From Yuukianura sp. NJ FZ-2021 (taxonomy: Eukaryota): a DNA stretch of 64,000 bases. The DNA lies in NCBI GenBank assembly GCA_046563655.1, contig CM102285.1, positions 4,402,001 to 4,466,000 on the forward strand, in the 5' to 3' direction. The stretch's first letter is position 1. Each line of letters opens with the position of its first letter. The notes under the pieces are model-generated. The model saw only the letters and a list, made by a program, of their open reading frames with translations. It ran no database searches and had not been told where the DNA came from. Of this stretch, positions 13,130-26,201 are shown piece by piece. The position numbers and the translations under genes were made by a program.

Positions 13130-13482
13130 GGATTTTGGCTGACATTGCGTACTCAGAAAAACATGGGACTCTTTTGTTCGTTCTTCTCATTTCAGGTAAA
13201 GTTTGGTGTCGGTTTAGATTGCGATTGTTCAATAAGGTTCGTTTTTTTCTGCGTTTAGGATATAGTGGAGCATATTATGGCTCGAACGAAGGTGGGAATG
13301 AATCGAGAGACGGAAGATGGGGAGGAGGAGGCAGTCGCTGTTGCACAAGCGACGGTGAAGGGGGTGACTGCTATGGAGGAGACTGGGGCGGTATGGATGA
13401 CGGCGGTGGTGGTGGCGGTGACTGCGGTGGTGGTGGCGGTGACTGCGGCGGTGGTGGCGGCGACTGCGGTGGAGGGGATTAA
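13130..13482 (+). CDS. Small protein with Gly-rich (GGGGGDC)n tail; 5' exon(s) uncertain
   Basis: ..TLLFVLLISG|gtaaag...tttag|YSGAYYGSNEGG..RCCTSDGEGGDC..GGGGGDC x3, then GD-stop. Confidence 0.5.
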
Positions 13483-13801
13483 AACGTATGTTTGCACAAT
13501 ATATATTTCTGTATTTCAATCAGGTTGTCTGAAAATTTATTACTTAGATTTTGGTAACTAAATACTAGCATCAATCACTAGTTTCCAAAAAAAAACTTAT
13601 TCTAACAAAATCCCGAGGTACATATTACAGTGTATGTGACGTAATCAATTTATTAACATAGCAAGTAAGGCATTCAACAAACACACAAATGGAAACTCCT
13701 ATAGAACTTAAACAAGTTTCGCCGTTAATAAAAATTTATTTGTTGAAGCAGATTTCATTGAAACCTTATGTGTAAATTCTGGAATAATTGCAACGTAACG
13801 T

Positions 13802-13831
13802 AACTTGTACTGCTGACGAGCAGTACAAGTT
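13802..13831. repeat. Perfect 13-bp hairpin followed by CTAGT
   Basis: AACTTGTACTGCT-GACG-AGCAGTACAAGTT then CCTAGT. Confidence 0.6.
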
Positions 13832-13832
13832 C

Positions 13833-15685
13833 CTAGTAGTTCTTGGCGCGTTGAGACACGGCTAGCCGCCGATCAAGGAACTCGGAGAATTTGATCTCAT
13901 CAAAATCAATGATAACACCATTGTATGCATTGGTTTGAATTGGAGAAACAACGTAGTCATCATCAGGAGTAACAAAATATGTAATTGATTGACGAGCCAC
14001 TTTCCGAAGTTTCTCTTCTTTTGGTACGACGACGCGATGAGGCTATGCAAAATCATTTCAAGAATTACATATCCCTTGATAAATTGTTGAAGCTTTGTAC
14101 ACTCATAGCAAGATGCAATCTTACAGTAGCCTTAAATCGTCCACCAGTCCACATCTCCATTACGTCCCCAAGGTTAACGACCACCGACTCTGGAATAGGC
14201 GTTGCACGGATCCAATGTCCTTGCGTATTCTTCAGTTCCAAACCACCAATAGAATCTTGAAACAGCAACGTACATGTTCCGTAGTCTGTGTGCTCTGCAC
14301 AGCGAATTACTACATCGGATTCGTTAGCTTTTTCAATAGGTGGATACCATTGAAAGCGCATAGTGGTGCGATTTGGAATTTTAGCACCAGTGAGACCCAA
14401 GCTCGAATTGACAAAATGACTCTCATCCGGTAGACGTAGAGCTTTCGCAAATAAAGTTAGCAGTTTTTGTGCCAAGTTGTTGCAGTACTTTTCCAATTCC
14501 AAAATTGCAACTTTGAAAGTTGGTAACGTTTCAAGAAATCTTTCACCGCCTTTCGAATTTCTAACGACTGAAAACGACTCTCTAGGTTCAAACTTTGAAG
14601 TAGGATGAAGCCTAAACAACAACAAAAAAAAATCAAAATTCCAATTTCAATCAAACTGGGTTTGATTTAGCTGGATCCGGTAAATTCTCCCGTATAAATG
14701 TTCTATGTCATTTCATCGAATGAATTACCACGAAGCAACTTTTCCCGAAATCAATTACAGTGAAAGTTGATACGAACATAGCCTAACCTAACCAAAAACC
14801 TGTAATCACTATTGTCCAGTTAATAACATAAAAACATGCCTTCGGCGCGGGAAAATATAACTGAATAAAATCGTATGGAAGGTTACCAGCAAGATGTTCT
14901 GTTTTTTTTATACTGATATTTTTTCGCGCCGAAGAAGCGGTGTTATGTTATTAACTGTTATTAACCTCTAATGTTAGTGATTAGAGGTGTTTGGTTCGGT
15001 TCGGTTGTGTATTTTTCCATTTGTTCAATTACAACTTTTGTCGAATTCTACTTTCGTCTTAATTCAACTTTCGCTGCAATTGATTCCGAGGAAATTCATT
15101 CGGAGAAATTCGCTTCGTAATTCATTCGATGAAATTGCGTCCTCCAGTCCAGTGTACGTACACCATTCAAATTTTCAACATCGTATAAACTCAACGGTGA
15201 AAAATTAACTAATAAAATTTAGTATATAAACTGAGTTTAGTTTATAAACTAATTTTAGTTCATAAAATTAGTGTATAATAATTCAATAATTAACTCTTAC
15301 ATTAAAATTATATTTACTAACTGATAGTGATAATAGTATAAACTCACAGCTCACTGCTAGTTTTCATATAACCGGAGACGTTGTTAAAAGTGAGTTGTTC
15401 TTTTTCTGACTCTGGCAGGAAAAAGAATTTGGCACTCTCCACAAATGCGTTTTGAACCTATTTTTTTTAATTGTGTTTATAAAAATCTTATTAACGGTTG
15501 TTAAAAAGACATTTTGTAAGAATCATATTGCTTACTGTGTCACGTGGGATTCCGTGATTGATAATGTACATAAATCCGATACCGTTACAGGCTTCGTAGA
15601 TTTTATTTGCAACTTCCTGCCAATCGTCCTCTTGTGCGTCGGCAGTTAAGATTTTCCTAAAATCTATGACCGGGATTTTGTCCAT
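13833..15685 (-). CDS. 2-oxoglutarate/Fe(II) dioxygenase (DIOX_N + 2OG-FeII_Oxy, IPNS-like superfamily), 4 exons
   Basis: IPVIDF...IGFMYIINHGI; HTDYG (HxD); LLFQDSIGGLE; NLGDVMEMWTGG; PHRV; RQSITYF (RxS). Confidence 0.92.
14817..14957. mobile_element. Small intronic MITE-like inverted repeat
   Basis: CAGTTAATAACATA..CTTCGGCGCG / CGCGCCGAAG..TATGTTATTAACTG. Confidence 0.6.
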
Positions 15686-16207
15686 GTTTCAAAAACTTCC
15701 GACCGCAAGTCTTCACTGAGTCCTCAATTTTTGCGTTTTAATTTCGGAATAAATCGAAATTGTGAAACACTTATATATACTTGTGTGACTGTGGACATAC
15801 GTCTGGCGAGGAGTCTAAGTGCAATCAGGAATTATCTTTTTATTTCCGTGTGTTCAAATTTAAATCAAAATATGTTTACAAACTAGGAATAGGTGACCTA
15901 TATCAATACAAGGAAAACATAAAAGCTAGTATTACGTAAGTAAGAAATCTTGCAATTTGTTTTTCTAACAAAATCGACCTTTGCTGTACACACGTCATCT
16001 CTGAATTGCGCACTGACAAAATTTTCAGAGCTTTTGTTTTTGATAAAACGACATGATTTTGAGTGGATGAAAGTTTTTTGAGTTTCTGAACAGCGGCATC
16101 TTTCATGGTAATGATATATATCATTACTACTACTACTGTAGTAGTAGGTCGGCTTAAGTATGTTGTCGATGTAGTTGGATTTAGACCAAGGTTACTAATA
16201 AGACTTA

Positions 16208-18736
16208 TCAACGTCTTTTTCTGATGACTATATGGAATGGTGGTGTGTCTCTAAGAAAATTGTGCAGAATTTCCGTTGATGGTATTCCAAATTCAGGATC
16301 TACGTCAAATTCAAAATTTTGAACAAGAGTTGCCGTCATGAGTGTTAATACTGTTTTAGAAACTTGTTCCCCAAGGCACCTACGTTTTCCTGTAAATCAA
16401 AAATAAAACATTAAACCATGAAATTTACTACTATTGGTTCTGAAACTTGAAATAATTTATCAATACGCTTTATGCACAGGTAGCTTTACCAAATCCAAAG
16501 GCCAACATTTTCTCCGTATTGATGAGCTTCCCTTCACTAGATAGAAATCTGTTTGGATTGAACTCTGCTGGATTACTCCAAACTCTTGAGTCTGTATTGG
16601 CTCCGAGAAAATTCAGAAGGATCAGAGTTCCCTTTTCAACAAGTAAAATTTACTTCAAAATTTTTTTTCTATGAGTTTTAGATCATAATGATGTCGTCAG
16701 CCTAACTTTGGGTAAAACATATGAGCCAAATTTGTAGTCGGTGTGTAGTTTTCGTGGAGCAACGTCAGCAACGCTTGTAATCCTAAAAATTAATACAATT
16801 AAACGCGGGCCGTATCAGAGAAAACAGAGTTGTCCAGTACCGACTTCCGACATACCTATAAATTTCGCATAGAACAGCGTTGGTGAAAGTCAATCTATAA
16901 ACCAATAGTGAGAAATACAAATCTTAATTTAACACGGTCAAAATGTGGTCCAATTGAGAGAATGCTATGACTAGAAACTAATTTCCTGACAATTCTGCAA
17001 AGCAAATCATAAGTATTTTGTGTAAAGATGTGTTGAAGCTCAATTTAAATTCAATATTTATAAATTATAAATTATAAGGAATTGTCTACTACTGTCCTTT
17101 ACCTTTGCAAGTTGTCGACAGTGACTGTATTATTTTCACCAACAATTTGATGTACTTCGTCACGTATCATTCGCTGAATGTCTGGTCTCTGTACTAAGTA
17201 TCTTAGCAAAAATTTTATAACTCTTGCTTGTGTGTCTGTTCCAGCTAAAGTCAAGTCTTGAACAATCGTTAGCAAATTCTCGTCTGAAATATATGATGAA
17301 AAACTTATTTTGTTTCCTCCCGTATTAAATTTTTCGATTTGTTACCAGTGTAAATTGAATCCAAAATGTTATCAGGTTTTTCAGCGTCTTTGATGGATGC
17401 GTGAAATTCTTCAACGAAATTTTGCGGCTCTTCAGCATCGTCTTTTTCATGCAAGATGAGATTTATAGCTTCCTATTATTATAAAACCGACTTCGGTATA
17501 TAAGTTTTAATAATAGTAGCCGTGGAAAAATTTTCCGCGCACACGTACAGTAGAAAAAAATTGTATTTCAAAAACGTTTTGATTAAACGTTAAAAAATTA
17601 CACTGAGACTACTCCTCCAGTCAGCGCAATTTCTTTTGAAAGCCGTAAATCCAGTTGCATTTGGAAACTTGACAAGCAGTTTTGGAAAAGCCGTCGCAAC
17701 TCCACTTGCATATTGTCCAGATCTGCAGTAACCGTCCAAAGCTTCCAGCATTTTTTGCATTCCTTTGTCGTTTACATGGTACTTCTTTCCAGTGAGAAGG
17801 ATCCAGATTATGTTGAAAAACAATCCGCCGAATTGATCCGTGATGCATACTTTTGATTGGTCGTTGGTCATTTTTGCAGTTAAATCTGAGCAAAAGTTGC
17901 TCATTTGTTCTGTGACGATTTGCTCTGTGCGCCCTTTGCTATTGAATCCATACTTTCTGAAAAGTCTATCCGTTGTTTGTCTTGTCTGAGCCCAAAATTC
18001 ATTATTTGAGAAAATTACGCCTAAGTAAACAATAAAACTATTAAAGTAACGAAACAAATCCGCACCATTCAATGTAGCAGAAAACCGTGATGTTACGTTT
18101 ACAAAAACTCATTAATGCTCGCATATGACGTGCATTTATACTAACTAGAGAAATATTAAACGTCGTACACTTTTAGAGTTAAACTTTAGCGCGAATTACC
18201 AAGGGGAAGCGAATAAGATTTTTCGAGCAGCCAGAAGTCATGCTCGTTGGTTCTTGCCATCATCTCCGTCGCAGGAAGCATTTTTGTTAGTTCCTCATGC
18301 CCGTTCACTACAACTTAAACGAAAATCACAAATCCTCAATTTCATTTGACTGTTTAGAATTCTTTACTGACTTGATATAAATTTTCGTTACCGACATATG
18401 TGGAACCCACTTGAAGAGATACGATTGGTCCATATTTTTCTCCAAGTTTTAAAAACGCTATACTGGGGCGTTTGGAGTCTGCGCGAAATACGGATATCAT
18501 TGAACCAATCAATGGAAATGACCATGGACCTATTATTTGGTTAGAACAACAATTTATCAGCGAGTGAAATTTATTGTTCATTTCATTGTTTTAATACAGC
18601 GTATTAGTTAGGTTAGGTTAAATTAGGTTATTCTTAAATTAAGTAACCCACCAGGCGGAAGCAATTCTCTTGCTTTTTGACGCTTGTAATAAAACCAAAA
18701 CAAGGTGAAAAATAGAACAGAGTACAACCACAGCAT
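16208..18736 (-). CDS. Cytochrome P450, probably clan 2, multi-exon
   Basis: N-terminal anchor MLWLYSVLFFTLFWFYY, PPG|PWSFPLIG hinge, I-helix LAGTDT, EIYR, FNPNRF, and heme motif FGF|GKRRCLG; stop TGA at 16208. Confidence 0.93.
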
Positions 18737-20612
18737 GATTTAAATATACAACTACTTCAAATCTAAAAATACACGAATTGAGTATGTTAAAGCATTTGGA
18801 TTTGTCTGTGTATTTACAAAGAAGTATTTTGAATAGAAAATGTTGAGAGTCTCGAGGCAAAGGAGTAGAGATTGAGTTTCGAGCAATACGCCAAAATCGC
18901 ATTATGTGGTTTACCTTGATGCAACTCTCTCAAACTGCCCAAACTTACAATTAGTATTCTCTGATCATACTTGGAAAATCTAGTGATATATGGATAGACT
19001 AGTTCGAATGTTGAGGTTTATTAGAAATCGAAATGTATAACTTTGATGTATTCCAGACTCCATATATAGTATAGATTAACAATACCATCATGGGGTTGTA
19101 ATTGGCCATTTCAAGTTTCATAATTCCACAGATTTTTCTAGGAAATTTTTTCCAAACTCCAAGAATTAAAGTATGATTGAAATAAAAAGAAATTGAACAG
19201 GTCTAACTAGTACATAAACATAAATTTATTAAGAGAGTTAAAGGGAATTCTAACAAGAAAATCACGCGATTCAGAGATTTACAGTGAAATATGCAAATAA
19301 AGGATGCCTCTATAGAAGTTACTCCAGTTACTTTAAGTATATTAGCGCCATCGTATTCCAATTCCCATGTACTTGTCGGGTAAAACAGAAAGCTTTTGAA
19401 CAATTTTTATGCTTCACAAAAACCAGTTCTAGTTATTTGCAGTTTTCTTCACTCTTTCCGCTTTGCGGTGATATTCATAGCAGCCTGTCGCGCCGTTAAC
19501 TCGCAGACTTGTTCACACCCTAGTTAGTCAGTTAAGCATATTAAGTCATATGTTAAATCAACGAGCAAATGTTAAATGCTGGTGGAGTTCCACAAAAGCA
19601 TACGGATTTTACATGGAACAAGCGAACCTTAACCACAACATGAGAGCTTTCTCTGTTCAAATGTTAAAATGAAACAGACCTGTCAAATGTAGCGTTTCTT
19701 TAAAAAAAAAAAGTATGTTAAAAGCAGTTAAAAAAATTGTTTCGAGCCCTTGCGGAGATTTGACGCCGATCAGGCCTACGGTGCTGATCAATTATCACCG
19801 TCAACATGATGCTTATGTAACTCAATCTAGAATCAAATGGTAATGTAGCAACGCGCCTGTAACCTCCTCAGCGTAGTATCTGGCATGAGAAATGCGAAAG
19901 TGACAATCGTTTTTCAACATGATTGCTTCGGAGTTTGCAAAACTGTCACCACCCCCTGCATGCTTTTGTAATCAAAGTTTTTCTTTTAAGTTTTTTTTTG
20001 CCCTCTTTGAACACTAAAACAATGACATCAACGTCGATGTATTAAGTAGAATACCGCTGGAGACGCTTCCAATACGCGTAGCGGTAAATTTACAGTGAAA
20101 CTAACTAAAAATTTTTGGATTCATCGGAAGTCATTTTAGTCATTAAAATTTCCGGGCAAGGAATTACTGTAATACTACTAAGAGATGGTGCCAAATGTAC
20201 TACTTTTTAGTAAAAGAAAACATCTACTACAATGAATGCAAACATCGTTCAAGGTTAAGTGCATATCGTGCATTAGAATCCATTCCATACCGAGTTAGTT
20301 ATTGTGCTCTAAAACGATTTAGGTGATGCTATTATGCAGATGGCATTGTGCATTTTCAAAAACGCAGTACAATTGAACTAATTTTTTGATAAGAATCAAA
20401 GAGCGTTATACATGTGAGTATATGTACGTTTCTGAAATTATATTAACAATTTTCTAATGGTTTGATTTGCCTTTTACACGAACATCCGCCTCATTACATA
20501 CAAGATGAAAGCTAAATTTAATTCCCAATTAGCTTTTTTTAGAAACATAAAATCTATAGCTATTTAACAGTTAGCTTGTAGTTGCTGGTTAGCCATTACA
20601 AGAAGATTAAAC

Positions 20613-23600
20613 ATGAATCGCTGTAATACTGCGGTCGTCCTCCTTTTTGTAACAAGCCTATGCCAACCTAGTTCTGCTGCGGCGACAAAGCCTGTGTATC
20701 CTGAGATCAAAAAAGACGCTACTGCAGTTGATGATTACTTTGGAGTAAAGGTAAACCAAATATTTGCCATTTTAATTGACAGGAAGTATTAAGCTTTCTT
20801 CAACATACAAATAATCAAAGCTCGTTTTTGTTACATACAGGTTCCAAACCCATTCAAATGGCTCACAACTGCAAATGAGACGGAAATACTGACGTTTATC
20901 AAAAATCAAAACTTAACAACAGACAATTACTTGTCGCAGCTTCCCGCGGCTGACAGAAAAATCATTCAGGAAAACATAGTATACAATGGAAGGCCCTTAA
21001 ATAATTTCCACCCGCCAATCAAAGCTGGCGAATTCCTCTTTTTCCGTGACGAGTGAGATCAATTCCGCCTTGTTTGGTCCAGAACAATTTCCTTTGAATT
21101 TATTTTGAAATTTTGTCTTGCAGACATGACACGCAGTTACTCGTCCAAAGGGGACTTAATGGAAACTCTTCCTTACTGCTATCCAGTAGAAATGGAACAA
21201 ACCAGACCTGGGACTGGGATACTGTCATAGCAGTTCCAACTGCCGATGGAAAAACAATCGCCTACTGTATCGATTCTTTTTTGCATGGTGATATCTGTAC
21301 AGTCAAAATTAAAAGTTTGGCCACTGGAAAGAACCTGCCTGATACTTTGGCTAATGTGGTGGCGACTTTACCAGGTCATTATTTGTAAGTAAACCCTGGA
21401 AAAGTTGTTAGCGTTCAAAAAACATTGCTGCTATTCTTGTTTGATTTATTTTAAAAATAAGACATCATCGCCGAGATGTGCTAAGCTGGAGTTGGAATAC
21501 CGACGGAACGGGATTATATTACTTGGTAAGACAATATTTCGATATTTATTGTGGAATTGTACTGTGTATTATTTAAGCTTGTATACAACTTGAGTACTAA
21601 ATTATTCCATAACTCTACAGTCAAACTCTTCGACCCCAACCGCCGTGCCAAAGTCTGAAAGAAAAGGAAATAATACCCAGAGCACTTTTCTTTTGTATCA
21701 TGCAATTGGCACAAAACAAGTAGACGACATTCTACTGGCCGAGTTTCCAGATGATAGGATTTAGTAAACTCAACATTCTTAATTTTAAGCATTCAGTAGA
21801 ATTGAGTACTTTTAAGTATTGTTTTTTGTACAGCTCCTTGAAGATCTCAGATGACGGTCATTACTTGATAGTAGCGTTTGAAATTGAGCAGAATGGATTA
21901 CATTATATACTTCACCGACTCGAAGTAGGATTGAAAACGTATATTTTGGAGTTATGTGCAACTGGAAAACCACCTTGCAACCCATCAATCAAGACTAAGA
22001 AATCAAAAATATACACGCTAGTAGCACCTGAATACAATCCGCTACACGTAATTTTTTCCTCTCTTATTGCTAAACTATTAGTTACGTGTAATTATTGATT
22101 TAGATCTTTTATTTTGGTAGTTTCTCGGCAATGTGGGATCTCAGATGTATTTTCTTAACGTAAACAACATAAGCCGTGTCGAAATTGTTCATTTTGAACT
22201 ATCTCATTCAAAACAAAAGGACTGGAAAACTGTTGGTATTTGGCCAAGCGGCTCAGACCTATTCATTTCCGACACAAAGCTGGTAAACAGGTATATTGTC
22301 ATTGTTTTGTCGGGAGCTAGCAATGTTGACAAGTACTACTAGTAAATACGATGTAACCACAAAATGTTTACAAACAATATCAACCGTATTTTTGGATTAC
22401 TTTCAGTCAATTCCTTTTCACTACTACACACAAAGAGAACGTAGATGCTGTCATAATGTACAACATTAAAACCAAAGTGAACAAAGAGTTGCCGCTGGTT
22501 CCAGGGAGACTCCTTGCATTGAGACTTTCCGGTAATGAAATTACTTACTCCGTCCTTTGTCCCGTTACCCAGGAAGCCGAAATGTACTTGATGGACGTTA
22601 CAAACGACCCAATAGAATCAAAGGTTTGTCCACTTGTTGTTCTAAGTTGCGTCGTTTCGTACTATATTGGATTACTTTGACCTTCAATAAGTTATAAGTT
22701 TTTGCGAAGATCATTTAAAAAAAACTAAAATTGTTCCAGAGAATACGGCAACCGGGAACTGAAGCTGATTCGTTCATAGATAAACTTGTGTACGAACACA
22801 AAAAATACAAGTCAAACGGAATTGGAGTACCAATGGTCTTGGTGTATTCAAAGGTGAGTTACAGCTTCTATGTATGATAAGTAGTCTCAACCGACCCAGA
22901 CGACATGGTAGAAGCCAAAATAGTTGAAACCTAATGAACTATTACGGTAAGCGTGAAATGTTCTGAATTCTGGCTTTTTCGCTCTTGATGGTTTCAATTT
23001 TCTGACTAAATGTTTTTCGACGTATCACGATATACTTACGTCAACAAAATGAAAATGTATTTATGTTAGCCTGAGTTTAGGTATTTAGATAAACTGCCAT
23101 TAACCATTTCAAATTTTGCGCAAGTATTAAATAATGGCAAAATGAATCCTTCATGAAATAACAAAACTGTGGTCATTTTCTGAAGGATTTGAAAAAGGAT
23201 GGAACAGCACCAATGCTATTAGTTCTCCAATCGGCCTCAAGACCAGTTGATTATGCTCCTCCGCATCATCGGTCTCTCATAAACCTTTATATTCCATTTA
23301 TGAGAATTTTCAACGGAATTGTTGCTTTCGTCGGTGTTCACACTGAAGGGTATGAATATGTAATGCAATCTTCACTAAAACCTCTCTTTTTGTACGCACT
23401 AGACACGGACGGCGGCCTATAATTTCAATATTTTTTAAATTCAGAATGGTACCAAAAGCAGTTACCGTGACTAGCGCCGTGAATTCTATCGAATTCATGG
23501 TTGCCGAAAAGTACACAAGTAAAGCTCGCGTAATTGTGGCTCCTGGCTCGGCGCATATGATTTCGGTTGTTGGCATACTAATCAATCAACGACCCGAACT

Positions 23601-24450
23601 ATTTGGAGCGGCTTTACTCCATGATGCAGATACGTACATCAATTCATTGCCGGATATGTTTTTAACCCTTCGAATGCAACCCACGTAAGTTCTCAAACGC
23701 TTTTATTCAGTCAAAAAGAATGCCAATGAGTTTCGAACACACAACATATTGAATACACACTGAGCAATTGTTGGTATACTCGGATTCAAATGGAGAGTGT
23801 GAGATGCGGACTTATAGTTTGCATTTCAGACTGCAGAGTATGACCAAAGATGTGGAAAAAATTGTATCAGTTCTATTGTTACTTTATGACATGACTATGA
23901 GTTTGATTTTTTTATTTATGTGGTTTAAAACTATTTATAACATATTTTATATCACCTTTAAATGGTTAGATATTTTGACTTCAGCCCTCGCTTTAAAAGC
24001 AAGAACCAGACGTTGGAACTTCTTCCAACATCTCCCATTCACAACATCAAGGCCCCAAAGGATAAAAAAGTTGAATACCCCGCAGTTTTGCTGATTGGCG
24101 GCTATGAATGGAAAGAAGCAATGAGGTACATTGCCCAACTACAAAGCCAAATAGGTATTGGCACTAAGCAGGTAAAGCTTAACATTGGCAAATATACAGT
24201 AAATACAGAATAATACGGACTCAAAAAATTTAAATTCAACTCATATGTTTTAGGTGAAACCCTTACTTGGAAAATTTTCAAAGATCCGACGTGAAGCAAA
24301 TTATTCGGTAACTCAAGTCTACCCTCGATTTTAATTTTAAAGAAAAGTTTTTCATCGAGCTGAACTAATCTTCCGTTTGTTTTTTAGGAGCAGACTGCGA
24401 ACACCTTGACATTCCTAGCACTGGCTTTGGATTTAAACACTAAAAAATAA
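20613..24450 (+). CDS. Secreted prolyl oligopeptidase (S9A) homologue with degenerate catalytic triad, multi-exon
   Basis: Signal peptide, then YPEIKKDATAVDDYFGVK|VPNPFKWL; later YKSNGIGVPMVLVYSK, NQRPELFGA, SPIHNIK..YPAVLL, YIAQLQ. Confidence 0.85.
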
Positions 24451-24721
24451 ATTATACTTTGATGTATGTTAAGATTTTTGTTTGGATTTTTTTTTTTGAA
24501 ATCAAGATAGCATTGAAAATTTTTACAACATGTTTTAGAAAGTGGAAAACGACTTTGTGAAACTCGTAAAAAAAGCTTATAATTGTTCATTGTCAAATTT
24601 TTACAAATGAAAGGGTAAAGAATGTGATCGTAAATTCAAAATCATACTTGAAATTAGAAGTTTAAAAGCACTTGGTTATAATCGAATTCTTAAATAGCAA
24701 AAACAAGAGTTTTTGATGAGG

Positions 24722-25503
24722 ATGGTGCGGTTGATTGGTCTTAGCGTTTTGACTGTTCTTCTGATAAGCTTCCTGAGTCCGAGCGAAATTGAAGCAACGA
24801 CGTGTACTTGCGTATGTACCGGCAGTGGCGGCGGCTCTCCGGGCAATGGCGGCTTCGATCCATCTGATGACTACAATCCGACTGACACTGGCAAGCGAGC
24901 GGGTAGGATTGGTAAGGGTTAAGCTGTTTTAACAATGCTTACATGAAAAAAATGTGTAAAAACAACTTCTGTAAAAAACAACTTTTATTCAAAAATCAAT
25001 TTTTTTTCCTGTCGTAATGAAAGTCTGTTTAAAAAATTTGGCAAGCAAGTCCTAATTCTATAATGTAATTCTATAACATTGACTTTCATTTACTAAATTT
25101 CTTTGCTTTGAAAATCTAAAATAAAAAACGAGTGTTTGGACCAATTTCCTGCGGCATTGCAAAATATATACCACACTCAATTCTAAACAAATGAATTTCC
25201 ACTGTACTGTGGGAATTTTTTTCAACATTGGAGTCAATAAAGGCATGTTAAGGTTTCGAAAGAAGTTTCGAGTTCTTTTTTTACATACTGAACTTGAAAC
25301 AGCTCGAGCGACGCTATATTTTCATTTACTATTCCAATATTTTTGTTCTGGAGGAGTTTTCAGTTCCTGCTAAATTACGCACTGATGGTGGACGATACAG
25401 CAACTACAACAATGCGAGGCGCGTTGAAGTTCTACAATCAAACATCCGCGCCGAAACTTCTATTTCTTCTTTTTTAACGATCTATTTGGTTAGGGACTAC
25501 TAA
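24722..25503 (+). CDS. Small secreted peptide precursor (exon 1 to ~24911; possible exon 2 at 25363-25503)
   Basis: MVRLIGLSVLTVLLISFLSPSEIEA-TTCTCVCTGSGGGSPGNGG...TGKR, then a G|gtaag donor in phase with ttttcag|TT-CCT (VPAKLRT...). Confidence 0.5.
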
Positions 25504-25514
25504 TGAAGTATGAT

Positions 25515-25850
25515 TATATCGAGGCAAATTCGTCTTCCAAATGAAAATAGAATGAGTCATTCGTGTCTCATGGTTCACTGTTCCGTTGGGATTAAGAAAT
25601 CTTTCTGGTCGAAAAACCCCCGGATCGCCCCAAACTTCGGGATCCTGCAATACAGCATATAAATTTGGCGTGAAAATGCTGCCCTCTGGAATACAAAACC
25701 CGCTAATGGTAACGTCAGTAGTTGCGCTGTACATCAATCCAAGAGGGGCAAGAGCAGCATATCGTCGAGTCTCTATAATATTACACTCCGTGAAAGGCAT
25801 TTCGGGTTGGTCATAGAGTTCCGATGTTTTTTTAATCGCTCATCAATTGC
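25515..25850 (-). pseudogene. Cytochrome P450 C-terminal fragment with frameshifts
   Basis: MPFTE..IIETRR, WGDPGVFRPERF; FSFGRRICL lies in a shifted frame; no N-terminal part. Confidence 0.85.
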
Positions 25851-26201
25851 ATAGTTTTATTAGAAACACATAAACAATAAGAATAGTGAGTTCGAAATAG
25901 AATGTTTTGCACGGAACGCTGAGTAACCCAGGAAATGTTAGTCACAGCAATTTAATAGCCTTATCTATCCCGTAGTAAACATATTCGGCAATGTATTTAA
26001 AAAATTACAATTTCTTCACAAAACCAGATCTTTTTTGAAAGGGGTGTCTTAATGGTCCGATACTTTTATGCGCGATAACTTTTGCACATTCTACGCTAAG
26101 GCGTGCTCGGTTTCGTGCGTCGTTCGTAAAAGTTATTGCCCATAAGCAAGTTCAAATGAGTTTGTGCTTCTGTTCAAAACTAAACTGGAACAACTGAGGT
26201 G

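Noticed and set aside
13833..15685. True isopenicillin N synthase / beta-lactam cluster
   Set aside because: Only the generic HxD..H..RxS motifs of the superfamily are seen, and there is no ACV synthetase or other beta-lactam gene in the window.
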